Shown here: piece by piece, positions 1-10,646 of the stretch
How positions within the stretch are numbered: position 1 is the first letter of the stretch
Layout: each line of letters starts with the position of its first letter
Assembly: GCA_964019425.1 (NCBI GenBank)
Contig: OZ025789.1
Coordinates: 868,001-932,000 of the forward strand
Length of the DNA: 64,000 nucleotides
Origin: Flectonema sp. DT1601
Taxonomy: Eukaryota
Direction: 5' to 3'
The notes under the pieces: model-generated
Database searches by the model: none
The model's input: the letters and a program-made list of their open reading frames with translations, nothing else
Told to the model about the DNA's origin: nothing
Program-made: the position numbers and the translations under genes

Positions 1-33
1 TATTATTCATAAAAACAAGATTGTAAATCATAC

Positions 34-801
34 CTTCTGCGAATCGTATACCCCAGCTTCGGTTAATTCCTTGACTGCCTGTTCATTAAGTCCACCGGGA
101 GTTTGCTCAGCAATTAAATTTTTGAAAGCTGAAGGTGTTGTCTTACTGTAATGAGCAGCATCAAATGAGATACAGTGGTAGAAAGCACCAACGAATTCAG
201 ATGACACTTCTGAAGAAACACCTTGTGTAGATAACCACTCTTGAAGAGCTTGGCACTGAGCGTAGAATGGACCCATCATTGCAGTTGTTGTTTGAAGTGC
301 TCGTTGGTGGTCCTCAACTTCAATCTCAACAACAGTTCCTAACAATTCAAATAATCCTTTTACAACTTCATTACTTGGACATACTGATGTCACACCACGT
401 TGGTGTGCAACAGGTGGTAGTGGTACAGCCTTGCATACTTTAACTCCACCCAATGCTTCAGAACAAGCAGCAATTGGTAATGTTGCTATCAAGTTTACTA
501 TAAGTTTGTTAGTTCCTTTAACTTCTGGATTCAAATCGTTCATAGCAGATTCCGCAACCTTCGGTACAACTCCCAAAAAGATGATATCACTGTGCTTAGC
601 TACTTCCGCATTATTCTCACAGCGTTTAATCATATCTCCGTATGTTGAGAGGAGTTCAGCTACCTTTTCAGCACCTCTCGGTGAAACATAAATCGGAAAT
701 TTGAATTTTCCCGTCTCAGCACCAGCCTTACATAATCCTTTTATTATCGAACTGTTGATAGTCCCAACTCCTACAAATCCGAGTGACGGAAGGGAAGACA
801 T
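34..801 (-). CDS. Pyrroline-5-carboxylate reductase-like protein (partial; an intron starts at 33 and the gene runs off the window)
   Basis: Rossmann motif GFVGVGTI, SDIIFLGV, C-terminal TPGGLNEQA resembling the P5CR SPGG motif; ATG at 801; GTATG donor at 33. Confidence 0.8.
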
Positions 802-1076
802 GTTTGTGGTGAGTCTACTGATATTGATAAAACAATACAATCAGAAATTATATTATTCAGTTAAGGTAAACAGTTCTATCATTGTATGCTTGTGACCTGG
901 TAAGTACAAAAGTGAGTACCAAAAAAAACAAACACAATGTTAACTATAATGAAGCAACGTGACAGCCCACAGTGTTTTGGATAGAATCGTGGATGAAGGG
1001 CGTTTCACGTAATTGAGAAAGGGGGGGGAAAAAGGAAGCGGGGAGAATGAAAAAAAAGGATCAATATTGAGGGTTT

Positions 1077-4031
1077 TCAGTGCGCAAGCAAATTTTTTTC
1101 CATTACTCGACTGGCCCAATGACCTTCTTCGATACCCTCAAGGAATTCTGCGTTGACTATTTTAGCTCTTTGATTCAACCACATCCCATCTTCAGAATCA
1201 ATACGGAGATACAATCCTTCGATGGTTTCCTTTGTGTAGAAGCTCTTTGTTGCAAGCAGAGACAGGATATCATCTTTTGTTGGATGTACCTTCGCCGATA
1301 ACGTTTTTACAACACTGATTGAAGTCTTTGAGAGGAGAAGATCACGAGCTGTGATTCCAAGGAATCGACAAGTTCTTTTATCATACAGATCGAAAGCAAT
1401 AAAATAATCAGGAAGAGCTGTATAACTAATACCATGACGAGCAACCATCCATTCTCCATAAAGGGAATAACGGTCTGAGAGAAGTTCAAAAAGTTCTGTT
1501 TTGTGGGTGTCATACCAAAGTTCTAGACGACTCCACTGAGTTCCAGACGATGAATTAATAAGCTTCCCTCTATTCTTAAATATAACCTGGTAGCTTTGGT
1601 CAAATGAGATGCCGAGATTAGCTCCATCGATCTTCTCTTCAATCGTAACATAATTATCATGGAACGGTTTCACATCATCGGCACTCATTAATAGGTCATC
1701 TCTACCAACAGATCCAACTCCATACAGATGTCTGGTTCTGGGAAACTTTAATACCGAATAATTCTTTTCACCACATTCTTGGAGGATTGGAATTCGTAGT
1801 CGGATGGTGTTCTCATTTTTTGTTTTAGTGGAATCGACAGTCATGCCGTCTAATAACGAACCGTAGCAGTGCATTACACTGGCTGGGTATTCTGAAGGTG
1901 ATAGCGAATTACTCTTAATCTCAACAAACGCTGAAAATATTTGATTTTGAGATATAATCAGCGACATGTGTGGATACCCACTCCCAGAGAGTGATTTCTC
2001 ATAACCAGCCAGAATGGCTTCAGCCCTTAACGTGTCTTCTGAACAACAAAAATCAGCAAGGCATATCAACGATGTGACTCCCTCATGATGTACAGTCGCG
2101 ACTACAGCTTTGGTTTTGTCAGATAATAGGGTTCGTTCAAATATCGGGTTAAGGAAGTTTTTAATTAAATAAGCAACGCAATCACCCTTACCTGTGTCAT
2201 TATTGAGGTTTAAAAAGTGTGGAATGTACTTGTGAGGAAGCAAGTCAGAATCATTGCAATGTGATAGCAGCTTAACGAAAATTTGATGAGATTCCCAACT
2301 AACGAAATGGATCGCAATAATGTCTGCACTCGACTCACACATCTCAGCTAGAAGGATAGGAACTTCCATTGAAGGAGTGACACGCATTGTGTGAATGGTT
2401 ATCCCTTCAGAGGAATTGTTAGATTTATATTTAAACCAACCTTTAGCTAGTCCAGTTGTTACTTTTTGTTTGAGTGCTGGGTCTGAGTTGTTCCATTGCT
2501 TCTTAATTTGTTGTTGTTGAAAATCAGATCCCTGCTGTAGTACTTTACTGAAATTAGTAAACATTCTAACTGCTGCTTCGAAAGGTATTTGAAGTAAGTT
2601 TGAGACAGCAGCAGAATTAGTGTCGTCAGTCAATTGTTCAGTTGGGTCAGAGTGTGAAGTAGAGTCTGTGGTTGCTGAGGGTCCAACAACCCAATTCCAT
2701 TTCTTAGAATAATGACCTTTAGCAGGAATTTTCAACGGTTCGGACAACGGAGGGACGTAGTCTGTTCCGGCAACATGCGACTGATGAAACGTATCAGTTA
2801 GCAACAATCCAGTACCTGAAGGATCGATGTGTGTTAATCCACAATAACCAGGTCTGCTATTAACTGAACCAGACTTTGAAATATTACTAATTTCAACTAA
2901 CGCATGACTGTGAGTAACAAGAAGAACAGATCCAGAACCAGAATGTCTAATTCTCAACGCATCCGCAACGTCAATAACTCTCTGCTTAGCTGACTTCCCT
3001 GTCTCTGGGTATGTCGGTAGTTGTGGTTCTTCTGGAGCTGTGCTGTAGTCAATCACAAGTCCTCTTTCTTTGACATACCTCTCTACTGCTGTTGGATTAT
3101 TTAGTACTGGTTCACTGTGAAATAATCTTGCACCTAAAAACTCTGATAAACCTGGTTCTATTCGTATACTACCAATTGACAGTTGAAGGGCAACTTCACA
3201 GGCTGTTTCAACACAGCGTGTAAAGGGAGAGCTGTATATGCAAGTAACTGGTGGGATGGATGTTGTTTTCAGAATGTATTCTCCAGATTTCTTAGCCTGA
3301 GTACGACCTTCTTTTGTAATCTCACAATCATCTGAATTTTCAGGAAAGAATAACTTCCCTCTGTAGTCGAGTACTCTATCTGTTCTTTCAGCATGTCTGA
3401 GAACAAGTAAATCACATCTTGCTCCTGAGGACTTTGAGGACGATGACTTTGGAACTATTTTTAGATCCTTGGCATCATCCCACACACCTGGTGTAGATGT
3501 TGGTGGAGGTGATAAGGTTATCTGTCCCGGGGTACTAAACCTATCTTTGATCCATCGTAATTGGATATTATCAGAAACAGTATGACACTCGTCGTATGGT
3601 CCTTCCCATTTCTCAGGTTTCTTATATCCACGACAGAATGAGTCAACCACATCTGATGCTGAGCCAGAGTCAACTGTCGCGTGATCAGTTCGCTTCATCG
3701 CACGTGCCTTGCAAAGATCTGGAGAAACATCAAAATGAATAGTTTCAATAACTATATTCGTATCGACTGCTCTCGCTCTTCTCACCCATAACTTCCTTTC
3801 TGAAGGCGTTACATTACACCTGTCGAGAACTATCGACTTCTTTTTCTTTAGAGCTTTTTCTAAGACTTTGACGCATTCATTTTGAGTGCCGAGTTCGTCT
3901 TGACTGATGACTTCCCATCCCTTTCCTTTCAAGAATGACGAAAGGGTACTTTTACCAGAACCTGGAAGGCCACAAAATAATATCATGTGAGGGACACCAG
4001 GCTTTGAAGTAGGTTTCGCAGGTTTACCCAT
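1077..4031 (-). CDS. Multidomain RNA end-healing/sealing protein: P-loop polynucleotide kinase (AAA_33-like) + histidine phosphatase + degenerate EEP-like region + ATP-dependent RNA ligase
   Basis: Walker A GLPGSGKS, SQD, LDRCN; phosphatase RHAERTD, SSPFTRCVETA, LLVTHS; ligase KFPRTRHL, motif I EEKIDGAN, III LYGEW, IIIa FIAFDL, IV EGLYLR, V RAKIV; single open 984-aa frame. Confidence 0.85.
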   Translation of the reverse strand: MGKPAKPTSKPGVPHMILFCGLPGSGKSTLSSFLKGKGWEVISQDELGTQNECVKVLEKALKKKKSIVLDRCNVTPSERKLWVRRARAVDTNIVIETIHFDVSPDLCKARAMKRTDHATVDSGSASDVVDSFCRGYKKPEKWEGPYDECHTVSDNIQLRWIKDRFSTPGQITLSPPPTSTPGVWDDAKDLKIVPKSSSSKSSGARCDLLVLRHAERTDRVLDYRGKLFFPENSDDCEITKEGRTQAKKSGEYILKTTSIPPVTCIYSSPFTRCVETACEVALQLSIGSIRIEPGLSEFLGARLFHSEPVLNNPTAVERYVKERGLVIDYSTAPEEPQLPTYPETGKSAKQRVIDVADALRIRHSGSGSVLLVTHSHALVEISNISKSGSVNSRPGYCGLTHIDPSGTGLLLTDTFHQSHVAGTDYVPPLSEPLKIPAKGHYSKKWNWVVGPSATTDSTSHSDPTEQLTDDTNSAAVSNLLQIPFEAAVRMFTNFSKVLQQGSDFQQQQIKKQWNNSDPALKQKVTTGLAKGWFKYKSNNSSEGITIHTMRVTPSMEVPILLAEMCESSADIIAIHFVSWESHQIFVKLLSHCNDSDLLPHKYIPHFLNLNNDTGKGDCVAYLIKNFLNPIFERTLLSDKTKAVVATVHHEGVTSLICLADFCCSEDTLRAEAILAGYEKSLSGSGYPHMSLIISQNQIFSAFVEIKSNSLSPSEYPASVMHCYGSLLDGMTVDSTKTKNENTIRLRIPILQECGEKNYSVLKFPRTRHLYGVGSVGRDDLLMSADDVKPFHDNYVTIEEKIDGANLGISFDQSYQVIFKNRGKLINSSSGTQWSRLELWYDTHKTELFELLSDRYSLYGEWMVARHGISYTALPDYFIAFDLYDKRTCRFLGITARDLLLSKTSISVVKTLSAKVHPTKDDILSLLATKSFYTKETIEGLYLRIDSEDGMWLNQRAKIVNAEFLEGIEEGHWASRVMEKNLLAH

Positions 4032-4384
4032 TTTTTTTTGTTGTTTTTTTTCTTAGAAATCTGTGAAGAAAGCTTTTTGTAGTCTGACGAAAGTTTTCAA
4101 ATTGTTGAACACAAAATAAAAAAAGTATATAACTCAGTACTTATTACAATCATCAACCTGTTTTTTAAGAAATAATCAAAATATATTTAAAATAACTATT
4201 CAAATTTGAGCTCAACTGCAGATGCTCACATCGTACAGAGTCAAGTAAAGTAAATAATAATTAACACAAATAAGAAAGGCTAAGAAACTGTTTAACTGAT
4301 AATCGCGTCTCATGGCACGACAAACACAAAGATAATGCTTGTTAGATTAGCATCGATTGGAGTCCTTAAGTAAGAATACTCTGA

Positions 4385-4618
4385 TCACGTCTCGTAGTGA
4401 ATAACTCGGTGTTGTCTCCTACCTCTCGATAGTTTTTTAGGCTTTAAGGAATCATTTACTCCTTCCATCCATGGCGGTAGATCGAAGGCGGGTAGTTCAC
4501 TTTTTGATGATTTGTTACTTTTTTTAACTCCTCCAAAGTAATACCAAACAGCCAATGCAAGCACACTCCCAAGGATGCAAACTCGTATTGCGGTGTCATA
4601 GTTTGCGGTCAGAGTCAT
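4385..4618 (-). CDS. Small single-pass membrane protein (77 aa), unknown function
   Basis: ATG just after a T-rich AG acceptor; one hydrophobic helix (VCILGSVLALAVWYYF) and a basic tail. Confidence 0.55.
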   Translation of the reverse strand: MTLTANYDTAIRVCILGSVLALAVWYYFGGVKKSNKSSKSELPAFDLPPWMEGVNDSLKPKKLSRGRRQHRVIHYET

Positions 4619-5419
4619 GTTTCTGATCTAAAAAAAGAAAATTAGAAACCCAAACACATAAAAAGTACATAAAACAACACCGCAGTTCTGGTCGTGGTAG
4701 GATGTAGTCTGTTTAGTATGATAAAAAGTTAATTGTTGTCGTAATTGCAAAAGGAACTTTTTATGTGGGGCACTACAAAACACTGCGCGGCAATTCAAAG
4801 AATTGACCGCGCAATCATTTAGTAATTCATCACGTGTTAGGTATAACAACCCTTTGTCAAAGTAGATTGTTGGTAAGTGACCGCAAACTACTTAACAGCG
4901 ACAATGAGATTGCCTACATTGTACACTCGGCTGCTCCTGAAGGAGTTGACACACACTAAACGCTGAACGCTGTCAGATATATTGAAACGGTCGATCTCCT
5001 TTTTTTTTTTTTCTTCTTTTTCTTTTTTTTTTTCAAATTTCTTTTTTTTTGCCGAACGTTTCTAAGTTCTCATTTGTGGTGCCTTACAGGTTCTTGCTAA
5101 CGTAGGCAGGATCTCTCTTTTCCGGTGAATAAATTTCCAGAAAATATTTTTGTGTGCTCAAACCTTACACTTCTTCACTACACAACATAGTAATTGTTGT
5201 AATAAGAAAAGGATTTCCGTGCTGGAAAATAGCCTTAAAAAGTTCCACTCTTCTTTTTATTTTCATTCGTTCAATTTTTTTTTATTTTTTTATTTTTTTT
5301 AAACCGAAATTTTTTTTCTTTTTGAAAAAGGGTGAATATTTGACTGCGAGCATCACACGAGTGCCTGCAGTCACCACCACCGGGCTAAGAAGACTGTTAC
5401 CAAACAGGTAGTCAGTTTA

Positions 5420-6145
5420 CTACACCCCTCTTCCTCTGGAGTTGCTGCTTCCAAAGAGTGAGTTGTAATACCAAAGTTGGGCAACTCCAAGACTGCAAAG
5501 CATAACGAGGGCAGATACCGACCAGAACATCACTCTGTCATATGTCGCCTCAGCTGTGTCTTTGTGAATCCTCTCTCTTGTTCTCAGATATGCCTGTTCT
5601 TCTCTAATGCTGTTTAGAGATTCTGACAATCTGTTTTTTTTTTTTTTTTTTTTGTGTTTATAATTGAGTTTTTTTTTCATAATAGCCAAACAAACAAACC
5701 TGATAATTGTTTTCTTTATTGGTTCCATTGGCTTGAAAGGACCAATCCCTGGCTCTGTGCGGTCATTACTTTTAATGTTTACCATCACACTCTTCATCAT
5801 AATACCACCATTCTTAACACAGAATCTGTAGATGTCATTGGTAGATTGTGATCTAAATAAGATTTTCGTCTCTCCCTTAGTAGTGCTAAGATCTGTTGTG
5901 AATATTATGTTGCCGGTGTCATGTTGGTTTGGTTCTTCATCGAGATCACCTCTCCATGGTCCGCTTACAGTTACTAGCAGATCGTAGCCTCCGTCCATGA
6001 CCTGTTTGGTGTTGTTATTTAAATAGTTTTGTTAGATTCGCTTAGAAGGATAGGAGACCATACCACAATGTGAGAATACACTTTACTGGCAGCATCTGAT
6101 GTTTGTTCGTAAAAGCATCGCTGTTCTTCCAGCTGTTGTTGTTGG

Positions 6146-6180
<35 letters not shown>

Positions 6181-6295
6181 ATGATAAATTCAAATTTGAA
6201 ACACAAACCTCCATAGGGAATACGAGTGACCCAGCAGTAGATGCGAGGGCAGTAGCTGCCAGCATCGACGCTATGAGCATCCTCATGATCGACAT
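5420..6295 (-). CDS. p24/emp24/gp25L (GOLD domain) cargo receptor, 4 exons (introns 6133-6208, 6002-6063, 5631-5699)
   Basis: Signal peptide, EEQRCFYEQ, YRFC, EEQAYLRTRERIHKDTAEATYDRVMFWS, C-terminal TM; GT-AG splicing keeps frame. Confidence 0.9.
6134..6180. repeat. (GTT)n/(AAC)n microsatellite in p24 intron 1
   Basis: Direct reading. Confidence 0.9.
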
Positions 6296-7411
6296 CTGCA
6301 GGTGGTTCCCGCTGTAAATAAATGAAAGTAACATAACTCCTCTACCAGTCACAGGATGTTGACATCAGCGTTTATATTATTGTTGTCCTGTGATACGAAT
6401 ATTAAATACAATTATCATTTTTTTTACTCTAAATTTTTTTAGTGGTATCGCTGGGATACGAACGTTTAAGTCCTTGATACGGATCGTTTCTCTTAATATT
6501 ATTTTTTTTTTTTGTTCTTTTCTTACGTGTACAACATAAAGAATTCCCATCTATTGTCTCGACAGTCTCTCGACAGCAAAACAATATCAGTAGTTCTGAA
6601 TTTTGATGGAAAAAAAACAGAGAAAACACAAAATTACAATAAAAAACAAAACCTTTTTCACTACATTAAAATACGATGCATACCTACACTGACGACATCG
6701 CATTAAATGGTTAGTTAGTCGCAGGTGCAGTCTACTGCAAAAACCAACTGTTTGATGAAAAAAGTAACTTCCACAAACTATTTGTTTTTCTCATCATGCA
6801 GTCTACTGCAGAACCAATTAGTAGTAGTCAGAAAGACCTAAAGTATACAGAAATCTAATTTGATAAAAGTTATTAGATGCTGCGTTGATTCCCTACGCAG
6901 TCTTCTGTCCGATTGGAAACATGTATGAAACAATACAATGCACCTCACTAGAATTACAGCCACCATTGAATGAGGTTAACCCATTAGTCATGGTACAGTA
7001 CAATACTCTACGTGAGAATAGCTGCGCCCGTGCCGTAAGGCAGGTCGCCTGATTGATAATTATAGAAAATGATTTGCTTTTTTTTTTTTATATTTTAATT
7101 CAAAGAGGAAAATGTTCCCAGGAAGGCTAGAGCCGAGGGGAAGGAGTTTCCCACACGCACACAATGTATCAAATAAGAGGAATGGTCAACAGTAATGAAC
7201 ACTGAGTGAAGTATACTTCAAGGTATCACTACTTAAACAACAATTATTATTATTAACAATACATCACCTTTTCGAGAGGTGTTGGAGGAGTAGTAAGTAC
7301 AGACAGAGTAATGTTTGTCACAAGCTCATCAACATTTTGATGAATTGTCCGCTTCCCTCAGATGAGTGTAACAGCAACAAATCACAAGCAGACAGGTCAT
7401 CATTTATATAT

Positions 7412-8370
7412 TTATGCAGCCCATCCTGTCAAGTGTCTTATCTGTTCGATGACAACAAATATAACCCTGTTTGTGTTTAGTGTGTTGAGTGTTTGGTGTT
7501 GAGTGTTGATATAGACAGTAGAAATAAACAAAAGACATACAACGTGTGGGGTGCAATTCGCATGTAGCTCGGCCAGAAGCCAGCATACATCCCACGAAGA
7601 CCTTCATTTCGATAAGTTACTCGAAGACAAGATAACGGACTAGAATATAATAAATTATCACCTTGATGCATCATACGAGATTTCACCAAATCGACTGGCT
7701 GAGATGCAACTGTTGAAAGAAACCCAGCAATGACTGACGCAGCAATGTGTGTTGGTAATGTGTCTCCGTATTTCCACGAAGGTGATTTCATTAATTTTGT
7801 TTTCACCTCATCGTAGGCTGATAGTTCTACGCAGGCACAGATACCAGCTCTTCCAACATTTGGTGATGCTCCTTTGTATAATCCAGAAAATGATTCTTGT
7901 TTTAATATTTGTTTGAACGCTCCAATCAGTCCTGGATATTTCTTTCCCGTCGTATCAGCCTGCATACGGATTTTAACAACGTCACAAGGTGTGAATATAA
8001 ATGATGAGATACAACCGCTGGACATTCCTGCAGCCATTTTGTGGTAAAGCTTGAGATCACTTTTTGGTACGTCTCCAGCAATGGATTGTTTTATTGGTTC
8101 GTATAGTCCGAGTCTACAGGTGCCGTAAGTTCCAGATCGTAGCAGAGCGGGTTTTAATCCTTTAAAGAAACCTCCAACACCTTCTGTCTTTGCAATCTTT
8201 GTAGCACAGTCCAACAGGCCGGAGTATTGCTCACCGAGAACACCACTTCTCGATAGCTGCATTCTGACCTTCAACACATCAAGTGGTGTACAGACAGTGT
8301 CAGACACTATACTTCCTCCAGCACCACATACTAGTCCTTGCCACGGCTGCTTTGTTCCTATACCGCTCAT
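7412..8370 (-). CDS. Mitochondrial carrier (SLC25, UCP/dicarboxylate/oxoglutarate-like), intron 7467-7540
   Basis: Three Px[DE]xxKxR motifs (PLDVLKVR, PCDVVKIR, PVDLVKSR); spliced end PHTLVIFVVIEQIRHLTGWAA*. Confidence 0.92.
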
Positions 8371-8509
8371 GTGGTGGGGGGATCTGTGATACTTAAATTT
8401 AATAAACAAATAGAGCAGTGCAATCCTCTTTGAGATAGATGATAGAGAATGGTCTTTAAGACAAAATACAGTGCGATAATTAATTTTCTGAATTGTCACC
8501 TTATTCCAT

Positions 8510-8698
8510 AAGAGAAGGACGCAACAACGACGCTATGACTGGCACAAACCAGTTATGACCCTGTGGTAATTTTTCTGTCACCTCCGGCTTCATCCAGGCC
8601 ATCCGTGGATCGGTACTGAAGATCGCGTATCGAGCAAGCTTTTACCCTTATGCTCTACGTGAGATTTCTGTTCTCACTGAGCTTGCCTTAGGACGCTG
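8510..8698 (-). pseudogene. Degenerate LSU (28S-type) rRNA fragment, domain V / peptidyl-transferase region
   Basis: Minus strand GTCCTAAGGCAAGCTCAGTGAGAACAGAAATCTCACGTAGAGCATAAGGGTAAAAGCTTGCT...GAGGTGACAGAAAAATTACCACAGGG..ATAACTGGTTTGTG..CATAGCGTCGTTG follows the conserved eukaryotic LSU sequence with indels. Confidence 0.85.
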
Positions 8699-9280
8699 CT
8701 ATTTGAATGATGAGGTGTCTATTGTTTTACAAAGTGACCTCCTTTTATTCATCAGAAATAATTTGACACCCCATCTATCTAACCTTCGGAAGATAGCACC
8801 TCCAAACCTGTTAACAGAAGGAGAGGTCGAATCGTACAGTTGAACGTAAGAAAATAAAACACCACCACCAGTATCACTCGAACGTGCGACAATAGCGATA
8901 TACGTTCCCGGTCTTGAATCGTTCTTAAGAAGGTGAAGTGACCCAGACATTGAGCTTCCTGTGTCCTCGTGGAACGTAGTCCACTTTGATCCCATTAAGT
9001 TAACGAAGCTACTCCCATAAAATATATTCCCAGCGGAAGGCGCAAAATAATGGGATCGAAAAGCGTAGCTAAACCTATCTGCTACGATCAAATCATTATT
9101 TTTAAAGTATTTATTAATTTTAATTTCCGACATCTTCGGAACTCCCACACTATCACTAATAATATCAAATGAGTAATAACCCAATGAGAGTCCTCCAATA
9201 ACTGAAACACCTGCTCCGACCTTTGCAATATTCCGATATAAGTTCTTACTCCACTTGTTTCCTGTAACAAATGTGCCCAT
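8699..9280 (-). CDS. Hypothetical protein (193 aa) with an N-terminal hydrophobic segment
   Basis: Open frame on the gene-array strand with an upstream pyrimidine-AG site; no family recognised. Confidence 0.55.
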   Translation of the reverse strand: MGTFVTGNKWSKNLYRNIAKVGAGVSVIGGLSLGYYSFDIISDSVGVPKMSEIKINKYFKNNDLIVADRFSYAFRSHYFAPSAGNIFYGSSFVNLMGSKWTTFHEDTGSSMSGSLHLLKNDSRPGTYIAIVARSSDTGGGVLFSYVQLYDSTSPSVNRFGGAIFRRLDRWGVKLFLMNKRRSLCKTIDTSSFK

Positions 9281-9366
9281 CGTGTGACTGGATTAGATCT
9301 GGAGAACGGAATTATAGTTTAGTGAACACTTCTTACCTACACGCACACAACAAAACAAAGAGTGCT

Positions 9367-9523
9367 AATTAGCTCAGCATTCGAAACTGGCTTCACCCTC
9401 TTTAGTGACCCCTCTTCCAGGAGACTTGTCCGAACACCACCAGATCCCCACAATAGCTTGCAACACAATTCCTTTCGGATTCAGGCTTGGGCTATTCCTT
9501 GTTCGCTCATTCCGCTGCTGAGG
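9367..9523 (-). pseudogene. Degenerate LSU rRNA fragment, 5' (D1) region
   Basis: Minus strand CCTCAGCAGCGG..GAGCGAACAAGGAATAGCCCAAGCCTGAATCCGAAAGGAATTGTG...AAGTCTCCTGGAAGAGGGGTCACTAAAGAGGGTGAAGCC parallels the conserved LSU D1-flanking blocks. Confidence 0.7.
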
Positions 9524-9937
9524 TTCAGTATTCAACAACTCTAATAATTATTTAAGAATCTTATCACCGATGGAAGTAACACTAACCAAGACCAGTGTCG
9601 TGAGATATTTATAACGACTCAGAAAGAAATCTCCAAACTATATTTGAGAGCTGAAAAATAAAGCAAATCATCAGCTACGATGCATACGATGAAGTCATTT
9701 CTCTTTACCCTGCCCTGTGTAATAAGAATATATATTCAGACTAATAATAAAAATAACATTATCTGAAGGCCAAATCAAATCCCAACATTATCTGTCGGAG
9801 TATTCCACTCTTTAGTTCGTTATATATGAAAAGAAGTATTAATTCACTTCTGGTTTACATAATTAATTGTTCTCAGGTGAGATTCAACAGCTTCGAACGA
9901 CGTACAAGATTAGAAGCAAACTGCCCAGCGACAATTA

Positions 9938-10646
9938 TCAATCTTTCGATTCCTTGGCAGCCTTCTTGGAGGCGGTCTCACCCTCCCGTTTGCGTTTTGA
10001 TTTCAAGGATGACTGTTTTTAGTTATTGTGATGTTTCATGGTGATAAAGATCAGATACAATAATAAGAATAAACAATATGCATACCAAGTTTTCTGTTGT
10101 CTGAGTTAAGTGAGCAAGTTTGTGAAGAAAGTGATGGATGGTGAGGCGAAGCTCTTCACTTTGTGCTTTTGCAGATGCTGCAGATGCTTTGATGGTGTCG
10201 CGGTCAGCAACAGCTTTCTCAATTCTCTTATCCCAGTCTTCCAGTCTTGCACGTTCTCCTAATTTCTTCATCATGTCAGGTACTTTGTTACTCTTTCGCT
10301 CTTCATCTTGACGTTTTATTTCATTCTTACATTCCTCCAAGGATTCCTTCGCCTCTTTCAATTTTCTGACTAATTCCTCAGACTTTACTTCTAGTTTCTT
10401 GTCTGTTTCATTTAATCTACTTTCTACTAGTTTACTTCTGTTTAATTCGTAGCTAAATAAATTATCCATTCCTTTAAGGACCTCTTCTTTCTTAGCTGAG
10501 GTGATTGCTTTGTCGGTTCCTTGCATGGCAGTGATTAAGTTCATGGCTTTGCTTACGACGGAATCGAACTCATCTTCCGCGACAATTACTCGCTCGTCAC
10601 GCCAGTCTACGGAAACGGTTTTTTTTGGAACAACGTTTCTCACCAT
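9938..10646 (-). CDS. Coiled-coil protein, possibly THO complex subunit 7-like; intron 10013-10085
   Basis: Size and pattern (LEECKNEIKRQDEERK...LRLTIHHFLHKLAHL) reminiscent of THOC7; basic NLS-like exon 2. Confidence 0.45.

Noticed and set aside
9619..9675. TGATGA...CTGA on the minus strand
   Set aside because: Interior is a pyrimidine tract with TTTTTCAG, more like a splice/polyadenylation signal; no D'/C' boxes
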